From Octopus sinensis (lineage: Eukaryota): a stretch of 64,000 nt of DNA. The notes beneath the pieces are model-generated. The model saw nothing but the letters and a program-made list of their open reading frames with translations, made no database searches and had not been told where the DNA came from. Positions 54,631 through 64,000 of the stretch are shown in pieces; position 1 is the stretch's first letter, and every line of letters starts with the position of its first letter. The stretch covers positions 60,946,001-61,010,000 of the forward strand of contig NC_043000.1 in assembly GCF_006345805.1 (NCBI RefSeq), written 5' to 3'. The position numbers and the translations under genes were made by a program.

Positions 54631-55060
54631 AACCAATGTTGGTGTGATATGTCCCTGTAACTTAGCAGGTCAGCAAAAGAGTCTGATGCAATAAGTACTA
54701 GGCTCACAAATAATAAGTTCTGTGGTCAATTTGTTTGACTAAAGGCAATACTCCAGCATGATCGCAGTCGAATGACTGAAACAAGTTAAAGATTAAAGAA
54801 TATATATATACACACACACACACATATAGATATATAACTGTAGGTGTGCAATTAGGAGGTTTCCTTCCTAAGCACATGATATTAGTTTGAGTCCCACTCC
54901 ATGACAATACAGGCAAGTGTATTTGTGTGTATGTGTATGTGTGTGTGCGTGTGCATGTGTGTGTGTGTGTGTATATATGTGTCTGTATATGTCTTAGTGT
55001 CTCTGTTTGTCCCACCCTACCACTGCTAGACAACTGGTGTTGGTGTGTTTACATCCCTGC
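54631..55060 (+). mobile_element. Two partial SINE family A copies in tandem
   Basis: A 3' half (54631-54800) followed by a 5' part (54838-55060). Confidence 0.7.
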
Positions 55061-55159
55061 ATGCACATACATACATGTATATATATAATATAGCTATGTA
55101 TATAAATATGTATGTGTGTATGTGTATATATATATACATACATATATATTATATAATAT

Positions 55160-55249
<90 letters not shown>

Positions 55250-55882
55250 TATAAGAACATTTTGTAAACAAACTTATAAACACTGAGCATGTTGGTATTC
55301 TACAAGAAATAAAGGAATTCTTAAATGAAGGAAAACTGTGATTACAGCTTAGAAAATTGAGTAAATTATCCTTTAGAAGTGGGGAAAAAAGTGACCAGTA
55401 AGCCTCCACAGGGAATCGAACCTTTTACCTCTCAAATTCGATTCTCTTTACTCTTTTACTTGTTTCAATCATTTGACTGTGGCCATGCTGGAGCACCGCC
55501 TTTAGTCTCTGTGGAGTTTTGCTGGTCACATTTTCTCATCTTCTAAAGCAGTCTTTCTCAACTATATTTTTTTCATCTATGGACTCCTTTGATTCCTATT
55601 TTACTTGGACGGACTCTCATAACCATTTGATGTTTAAAAAATCCTTTTGTATTTAAATATTATTAGGAATTGGATAAAAATTGTTAAAATATTTTGTGTA
55701 TTAAAACCAAGTTAAAACCAATTTATTGTACGTAAATTTTATCTACTAAATCTTAAATAGACCCCACTACTGTTTTAAAGGGTATTTACCTGATTTTCTA
55801 AGGTGTCATCACAGCCTTCCTGTGTTCAAGAATTCCTTTACTTTCTGTAGAACACACACACATAACACACAACACACACACA

Positions 55883-55955
<73 letters not shown>

Positions 55956-56021
55956 TATATATTCATATATTTGGTCTTGTATTAAATTGATGTATATATA
56001 TATATATATATATATACATGT

Positions 56022-56195
56022 GGGAAGGTGCATGACTCAGTAGTAAGAGTGTCAGGCTCAAAATCACAAGGACTGGGCTGTGTTGTGTTCTTGAGCAAGA
56101 CACTTTATTTCATGTTGCTCCAGTTCACCCATCTGTAGAAATGAGTTGCAGCATCACTGGTGCCAAGCTGTATTGGCCTTTCTCTTGGATAACAT
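56022..56195 (+). mobile_element. SINE family D 5' part
   Basis: Collinear with the reverse complement of 42990-43160. Confidence 0.8.
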
Positions 56196-56248
56196 TTACA
56201 TTGTAAATATTTCTGCCTTTAGGTTGTAAAATTGCAAATTAGCCACCC

Positions 56249-56289
<41 letters not shown>

Positions 56290-56342
56290 GTTTAAATATT
56301 TGTTGTGCAAGATTTTTTATGTGAAGTCGTGTGTTGAAACAG

Positions 56343-56688
56343 ATATTGTTGTATTTAGGAATGGTCATTTTGCCAGTTTAGCCAATAAAAACACACGCAC
56401 TATATATTTGGTGTTACTTTGCTTCAGTGTTATTTATTTTTTACATTAATCTTAATCTTATTTCGGCCAGAGTTCTTTCGTCACACTCCTGTGACCGCAT
56501 CAGTGGTCCTTTGTTTTCTTCTTACTTATTTGTGTCTCTCCTTACTAACCATCAGCCATTTTGTATTTCTATAGATTAGATAAGATTAAGATTAATGTAA
56601 AAAATAAATAACACTGAAGCAAAGTAACACCAAATATATAGTGCGTGTGTTTTTATTGGCTAAACTGGCAAAATGACCATTCCTAAAT

Positions 56689-56698
<10 letters not shown>
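56343..56698. repeat. Perfect 119-bp inverted repeat with 118-bp spacer
   Basis: 56343-56461 is the exact reverse complement of 56580-56698 (checked block by block). Confidence 0.95.
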
Positions 56699-56719
<21 letters not shown>

Positions 56720-56798
56720 AATAATTTACTTAGGTCTGCTCAGGACTTAATACTTGCTTTTTCCATGGGGATGAGTAAGTATTTCACTTATATCTCAC

Positions 56799-56866
56799 AT
56801 ATTTATCGCTGAAGAGGAGAAAATTCTTATGAATTAACCCCGAAATTGGGACCAATACGGTAATAT
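56799..56866 (+). ncRNA. Type I hammerhead ribozyme motif, apparently intact
   Basis: Helix I AUAUUUAUCG/CGGUAAUAU, core CUGAAGA, helix II GGAG..AAUUC-uuau-GAAUU..CCCC, GAAA, helix III AUUG(G)/(C)CAAU, AUA cleavage triplet (after 56857). Confidence 0.72.
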
Positions 56867-57086
56867 CGGATTTTTGGGAAATTTTTATCGGTTTATTTTG
56901 AGACGCATAAATTATAATGGTTATTGACAATTTTTGTCTTTTTTTCGGCATATTTGGCATTAGAAATTTTCTTCTGCCCTCATTTTGTAAATTATTTATA
57001 AATTTAACCTTTAAAGGTATTTTTTGATATGCTGGCCATTGATAAAATATTTTTCCCGAAGAAATTTTATCCTACATTAGTTATAT

Positions 57087-57143
<57 letters not shown>

Positions 57144-57591
57144 AAATGGGAGTGTATGTGTATAAATAAATGAATGGGGACTGTCTATTTACTTTTGCGA
57201 TGTATGAGTACCAGTATGATCAGCATGTGGTACATAATTTATAGTTAAACTATAAAAAAAAAATGACCATGCTGAAATATAAGAATACAGTTTAGAGTTA
57301 ATTATTTGCCAGCTTGACAAATAATTAACTATACAATGCTAATTAAGTTCCATAAATACTAGCAAATTATACTGAAAAGAATTAACTGAATAAAATAGGT
57401 GTTACTCTTTAGCATTTATAAATAATAGAATATTCACGTGTATGTTGATATATTCTTTTATTTTTTTTTACTTGTTTCAGTCATTTGACTGTGGCCATGC
57501 TGGAGCACCATCTTGAACATACATATATCTGTGTGTGTGCATATATATATATGGTAAGTGAAAGACAGAAGATGGAATATACAAGAATTTT

Positions 57592-57707
57592 TATTAATCC
57601 CAACACTTGTTTCAGCACATTTACCATCAATTCATTATGAGTGGGACACTTAACAACTGGTTCAGGAGGGTCCAGTGGTGCAGATGTGTCTCATCAGGTG
57701 ATAAATA
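57592..57707 (-). ncRNA. Type I hammerhead ribozyme motif, degenerate, with long helix II insert
   Basis: UAUUUAUCAC-CUGAUGA-GACACAU...AUGUGCU-GAAAC-AAGU-GUU-GGGAUUAAUA; base of helix II is G.U plus a mismatch. Confidence 0.55.
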
Positions 57708-58231
57708 GATACATCTAATTAAAATAACAGTTCCACAGTGTATCTTCTCATTACATAGAAAAGAAAAAGCAGCAAAACAAAGGAAATATCTTCATTTATA
57801 TAGAAGATCAAAAATAAAGTCACAAATGCAAAACAGAAACGGACATGCTATACAGCGAGTAAAGTATTAAAAATAACCATTGATAGATATAGATGTATAA
57901 ATGCCCTTGTGCAAGCTCCATGGCGCTTGTACACTTACTCATACAAGTATCTACAAAAATGTAAGCATATCCATACGTGTGGTTTGGTGCACACACGATC
58001 ACAAAGTGAGTTAAATAGCTACTTGGTATTCATAAGAACGGGGAGATTAAAGCTAAACTTAATTCACCCATATCTTAAATTATGGTAACAGTTATTCAGA
58101 TTCATTCCCACTATATTAATCGAAGTGTACAGTGTTATATATCTATATATGGCCGATCTTACCCATTGGTTTTGCACAAGGTGTTCAAAAGAGTGTTAGA
58201 CAACAATCCGATTATGTAACCCTGCACTTAT

Positions 58232-58625
58232 CAGAGGTAGCCGGGTACTTTTCGGTTATTTCATCTCCATTAAAAAATTGGGTTATCTCCCCCATTTTAT
58301 GAAAAATATCGGTACTTTTGATTATCTCCCCCAACTAAAAAATTTGTTTAATCCTCAATAAAAAAAAATGAAGAAATTAATAAACATGAAAATGGAAAAA
58401 ATGAAAAGGAAAACTGAAAAGATCAAGCATCTTATTGAATCTAACGACATTTTTATAACAAATCATACCATGCCTATTGAGGAAACCAAACATCAACAAT
58501 GTATTGAATCAAAAAGATCTAACCCTTTTAATCCAATCTCTTGTCACATAAACTCAACTTTTTAGTGGGGAGATAACCCAATTTTTTTTAATAGGGGTGA
58601 GATAACCAAAAAGTACCGGTAGCTG
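58232..58625. mobile_element. MITE-like element with ~55-bp imperfect TIRs
   Basis: Left arm ...ggtacttttcggttatttcatctccattaaaaaattgggttatctccc mirrors the right arm; TTAT on both flanks; repeated subterminal ttatctcccc motif. Confidence 0.7.
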
Positions 58626-59013
58626 TTATGAAATGAAATATGGCATTTGATCTCTATTGTTGAAGGTGAATAGACACATGCGGTTCACAAACTCTTTTCC
58701 AGAAAACTTTTGCCGACTTGGAAGAAAAAGAAAGAAAAAAAAAAAATCAACGACGATGTTTTGGTATAAAGGGACATAACTTTTAACTCAATACCTGCTC
58801 GATTTGTTTTATCATCTCTTACACAGCAACCACAAACTGGATGTCCATTCACCTCCAACTATAAAGAGTAGTTGCCTTATTTTATTCCCTAATGGCTACC
58901 TCTGATTAATGTAGAGTTACATAGTTGGATTATTACCTAATACTCCATTGAACCACTAGTGAGAAACAAATTCGTAAGATTGGCACATATAAGGTGCCAT
59001 GCAAGTAAAGCTG

Positions 59014-59413
59014 AAAGGGGCTAAACACAGAGGGGACAAACAAGGACAGACAAACGGATTAAGTCGATTATATCAACACCAGTGCGTAACTGATACTTAT
59101 TTTAATCGACCCCGAAAGGATGAAAGGCAAAGTTGACCTCGGCGGAATTTGAACTCAGAACGTAGCGGCAGACGAAATACCTATTTCTTTACTACCCACA
59201 AGAGGATAAACACAGAGAGGACAAACAAGGACAGACAAACGGATTAAGTCGATTACATTGACCCCAGTGCGTAACTGGTACTTATTTAATCGACCCCGAA
59301 AGGATGAAAGGCAAAGTCGACCTCGGAGGAATTTGAACTTAGAACGTAGCGGCAGACGAAATACTGCTAAGCGTTTCGCCCGGCGTGCTAGCGTTTCTGC
59401 CAGCTCGTCGCCT
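59014..59413 (-). mobile_element. tRNA-derived SINE family B (young): one head plus two tandem body units
   Basis: Head ggcgacgagctggcagaaacgctagcacgcc; body gtcgactttgcctttcatcctttcggggtcgattaaataagtaccag repeated twice. Confidence 0.9.
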
Positions 59414-60884
59414 TGGGGAAAGCAAGCTTCTTACTTCACAACCACTCCTTGCATATCAAGTGAGTTTGATTTGAGATCGTATGTTGAAACTAAAACGATT
59501 GCAGAGAGGAAGTGCAAGTTAGCCATTCGGATACACATAAAGACCATTAATTTCACTTTATTATTAGTTAACTTCTTTGTCTTATTATTAATTCCACATT
59601 TATGTTTGTAGCATGGTGTCAAAATTTTCGTCGCTTGAAACTGTGATTTGGTCATTGACAACATTTCACTGCATCCTCTGTATTTAAGTATTTAGAAACT
59701 CCGAGAATTTGAAATAATTCTTGTAACGAACGGCGAATCCTCGAATCAAATAGATCTATAAATAATAGTGCGTAAATATCATGTTAAAACCCTTTTGGAT
59801 GGTAAAAAAAAGTCGAAGGGTGCCTGTGGGACCCTGTTCGCATTTCCTGTAAACATGACTGGCCTTCTACCATGGGCAGCCGTCGACCTTTTCTATCCAA
59901 AGGATTTATAACCTAATATTTAAGAGCAGTTATTTATAGATTTATATACTTCGAGGAATTCCCATTCGTAAAAAGAATTAAACTGTATTTAATTTATAAT
60001 ACTTGCAAAGCTTTCTAATTGTTTTTGGATAAAATAAAGTGTTCTCAGAAGTGTAAATAAAGTACAGCTTGTTCAGTTATAAATGCTAAGTTATTTTCTC
60101 TTCCAAGGGAAACAATTCAAATATTTCTCACAAAAGTTGTCTCCCTTAGATTGACCTGTCGCAGAAGAATTTTACGAATTCACATGTACACAAACACAAA
60201 CGCAAACACTAATAAGCCTAGATTTGTTTAATATTAGATTGTAGAAACTAAGAACATGCTCGAGGCGTACGTTACGAATATGCATCAGAATCCGATAAGA
60301 CTGACACGGAATGTAGGCTGTTGCTTGCAAGATCGTGATTTCGACTCCCAAGACGGGCGCTGACTTTGGCATCCAACGTGTGGCGCACTGTGCATCTGTA
60401 CACGTAATGTTGATTTGAGGGAAGGAGTGAGCGGATGTACAACACAAACATTTAATTACTATAAACAAAGAAATAAATGATCTGTGCAGGTTGATCACCA
60501 AGAAAGTGCGGAATTCGCATGTGTTGTACATAGCACGAGAGTCCACCATAGACGGTTATATATTTTAATGACACATTTCCATTATAAATACTGACACGTA
60601 TTGACATACAGGCATTAGAAATTGCTGATAGAAGTTTTGGTATCACTGAAGACATGACGAAAACATTTTTTAAACAGACAACTCTGATGGGGATTTCTTA
60701 TTTTCCAGATGGCCGGTCGCTTGGCTGTTCAGGAGCGAGCTAAGATAGCAGCACACTAGAAAGTGTGGTTCCGAACCCGGAACCATATGGTTGGGAAGCA
60801 AGATTCTTACCATACAGCCACTTCTGCGCCTTTATATATATTTATACATATATGTATAAGTGATTGATTCAGAAAATAGCTATA

Positions 60885-61435
60885 ATTGTTTCAAATTTTG
60901 GCACAAGACCTGCAAGTCGGAAGGGAGTACTCGACTATATTGACTCCAGTATTGGTACTTATTTTATTGACCCCGAAAGGATGAAAGGCAAATTTGAGCT
61001 CAGAGTGCCAAGAGCCGGATGACATGCCGTTAAGCATTTTTGTTCGGCGTGCTAACGATTCCGCCAGCTCGCCGTCTTATGTAAGAGCTAAAAATCCTTT
61101 CTATTATTGGCACAAGGCCTGAAAGTATGAAAAGACGGACGATATGCCGTTAAGCATTTAATCCAATGTACAAAAAATTCTGTCAGTTCGCTGCCTTCAT
61201 ATAAGAGTTAGTAATGATTTCAAATTTTGGCACAAAGCTAGCAAGTTTGGGGGAGGGTGTCAGTCGATTATATCGACCCTAGCGCTGAATTGATACTTGT
61301 TTTATCGACCCCCCAAAGGATGAATGGTAAAGTTGACCTCGTCGAAATTTTGAACTCAGAACATGAAGACAACGAAATGCCGCTAAGCATTTCGCCCGGT
61401 GGGTTAACGATTGTGCCAATTCTCTGTCTTGAATA
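60885..61435 (-). mobile_element. Head-to-tail cluster of SINE family B copies
   Basis: Three head/body repeats (gacatgccgttaagcattt; gatatgccgttaagcattt; aaatgccgctaagcattt). Confidence 0.85.
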
Positions 61436-61630
61436 ATTTTACGAGATTATGAGGCATTTAGGGGCACTTGAAATGCTGTTTGACAGTCTTTATACCGAGC
61501 CTCCGCGCGCTGAAGTTAGCTTAATACTGGAATCGACTCTTCTTCGTCTTCTTCTTCACCATAGCTCTCTCCCCACACACTCTGTGTGTCTGTCTGACGT
61601 CTCCCTCCACTCTCTCTCACAACATCGCCT

Positions 61631-61656
61631 ATGCTGACCTACCTGTCGACGCAAAG
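61631..61656 (+). CDS. Candidate first coding exon (MLTYLSTQ)
   Basis: ATG after a CT-rich, CpG-containing leader; AAAG|GTATGA donor, phase 2. Confidence 0.3.
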
Positions 61657-62380
61657 GTATGACTCCAAAAGCGAAAGTGAGTGCATTGCCTTCACATCCA
61701 TGAAACAAACGGATACTGCACTGAAGTGAGATAAACACTAGGTGAAAAAGAAGCCAACAACATTAGACTAGAATAATTATTTTATCGATCTCCAAAGAAT
61801 GAAAAAAAAATATAACATAAATCTTATCATGACGTTAAGCTGCAAGGGGACGCAACTCATATCGCCTATCAGTTATTGTAATATAGTCTACAATATCAAA
61901 CTGAATAATCTTACTTTTATTTGTAAATGTTAATGTTTTAGAACCACTTTACAGCAACTATAGTACTGTTTCTCTGCTGTATATTCATGTAAAGTCATTT
62001 TTTCTACAAAAAGCATCCAGGATATTTTTTATTAAATTATATATTCCACATTTTGTTTTACTGACTTTACGAGGCTATTTTTAAAATTCAATGATTTATT
62101 TGGAAATTTTCCTTATGGTCTTGTCACGTCAGCTTCCTTTCATTTCATTTTTTCTGATACATTCAATGTCCTGATTTTATCTATATAAAGTTATTAGTTA
62201 GAGTCTACTTTCTTGTAGTTATTTCCTTTTGTTAATGTTAGTTAAAGACACAAATAAATACTTCTAAAGGTCTATGCTTCGTTCGTACTTCATTTCTGAT
62301 CACCTAAAACGAAGGCGTTGTCCGGTACTGCTTAATTGCATGATGCCCGTGTATAACATGCTTGAAAATCCATACATGAC

Positions 62381-62459
<79 letters not shown>

Positions 62460-63298
62460 TTATATATTATAGAGAATAATCTTAAAAGCATGCTAGTTTT
62501 TTAAAATCAGGGCTAAGAATATTTGATATTTAAATTAAAATTTCGGGTAAGGGGGTAAGTCAATTATATCAGCCCCAGTGCGCAACTGGTACATATTTTC
62601 ATCGACACTGAAAGGGCGAAAGGCAAAATCGACCTCCACAGAATTTGAACCCAGAAGGTAAAGACGGAAAAAAGGCCGCTAAGCATTTTGCCCAGCCTGA
62701 TAATTGCTGTCTTTTAATAATGTGCATTCATATTTCTTCATATGATTTACAACATAAAAAGATATGAAAGTTATGATTTGCAACAATGAAAAAAGGTATA
62801 ATTAACAACAATAAAAAAATAAAAGTTGCTAAAAATTAATTCAACGCTTTGCTCACCTATAACGAATTTTTATAGATTTACAATGAAAGTTCAATAGCAT
62901 AAGAGGTACGGTTTTCCCAAAATATATTTAGTAAAACACAAGGCAAACACTAACAGCTGTATATAAGAGATGAGAACTTGCCTTTGCAGAATGGTGTATG
63001 TTGATGCCAAATTACTAACTGTTTCAATAAAAAGTACGAATTAATCTTGAAATGGCAGACATAAAAAATTACACAACTCTAGGAATTTGAAAGAGTTACG
63101 ACTACACTGACAGCTCATATTTTAAGAGGGTTTGTAGGTGTTAATACATTTTGTTGACCCGGGGAGTGGAAAAGAGACTAGTTTTCTTGAATTCTGGATT
63201 TTAGCTATAAAATAATCAATGAATTAATGGATAAATAGATAAACATGAAAAATTCTTCGAACATTACACGGTAATGAAATCGGATTTAGCTTTCACAG

Positions 63299-63406
63299 CA
63301 TCTTTGGTGTTAGATCTGGAAAGAAAGCATTGAGTTTCTCAAATGCTGATATCCTCTCCGTTGACCATATGAATCTTCCTGTTCTTCGAGAAACGAAATT
63401 AAACAG
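63299..63406 (+). CDS. Candidate internal exon (phase 2-2), IFGVRSGKKALSFSNADILSVDHMNLPVLRETKLN
   Basis: Acceptor tagctttcacag, donor AG|GTTAAG, 108 nt, only one open frame. No homology recognised. Confidence 0.45.
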
Positions 63407-64000
63407 GTTAAGTTAGTGGTTCGATCAGTTTTCAGATTCAAATTACTAAATTATGTAAATCTATTGAACTTGCCATTCAGAAATACTTACGTATACAATA
63501 AATAATTTTCTTTTTAATATATCATATATAATAAAAATATTCTTTTTTAATAACAACAATATCACAACTACAATATATACAATTAATTAGTCAATAGAAA
63601 TTTAGCGCAATCTGTTATATATTATGAACTTATTAAAATTATGCATATTTACAATGTATAAAATGTATTATATATGCATATAACTATCATAAGATAAAAT
63701 GTATTATATATAATAATTAATACCTCTTATCTATCTGATATTTACACACAGTTTCATGTACTTATTTATATTCAACCGTTCTGCTTCAATAAAATAAATT
63801 GTCTCTATTTAGTAATATTCACATCGCATATACTTAGTCTCTGTTACGGCCAAGCATCATAAAAATATAATTTGTGATTATCTCCCCTAGAATAGAAAAG
63901 TAGGGAGGGGTAAATTAAAGGGAATTAACTGTAAAGAAACATTTGGTGTTTACTATGTATATATTATTTAGTGACAAAGGTAGGACTGCGTCTACACCTC

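Noticed and set aside
60172-60655. 125-aa and 67-aa minus-strand ORFs in CpG-containing DNA
   Set aside because: No recognisable motif or splice context; consistent with chance ORFs.
60705-60760. MAGRLAVQERAKIAAH*, resembling a Tc1-like transposase N-terminus
   Set aside because: Only 16 codons, interrupted by a SINE, and no TIR was identified.
59014-61435. Regularly recurring ~30-50 bp motifs resembling a CRISPR array
   Set aside because: The intervening sequences are homologous to each other (SINE units), there are no cas genes, and the context is eukaryotic.

Overview
AT-rich eukaryotic genomic DNA, most likely a cephalopod (Octopus-like), inferred from the tRNA-derived SINE families and the extreme (TA)n/(TG)n/(TATG)n/(AAT)n microsatellite load. 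The window is mostly intronic or intergenic. It holds: a full-length but dead DD34D mariner (1071-2356); a maT-like Tc1/mariner 3' fragment; RTE-clade LINE remnants, including a 2-kb EN+RT piece; an R4/Dong-type RLE LINE 3' remnant; an internally deleted Gypsy-like LTR element; two non-autonomous Helitrons; a Helentron/DINE-like element; MITE-like foldbacks; and dozens of SINE copies from several families. There are no rRNA genes, true tRNA genes or CRISPR arrays, and nearly all ORFs in the supplied track are microsatellite artefacts. The most interesting signal is a set of sequence-unrelated type I hammerhead-ribozyme motifs, probably remnants of Penelope-like elements or retrozymes. One looks intact (56799-56866), and three lie within 1.4 kb, one of them inside a perfect 119-bp inverted repeat. 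A tentative plus-strand host gene with 8- and 16-nt microexons and a GPI-like C-terminus lies at about 21.7-24.6 kb, and other isolated exon candidates occur near CpG-rich segments. All folds and gene models were read by eye and are unverified.
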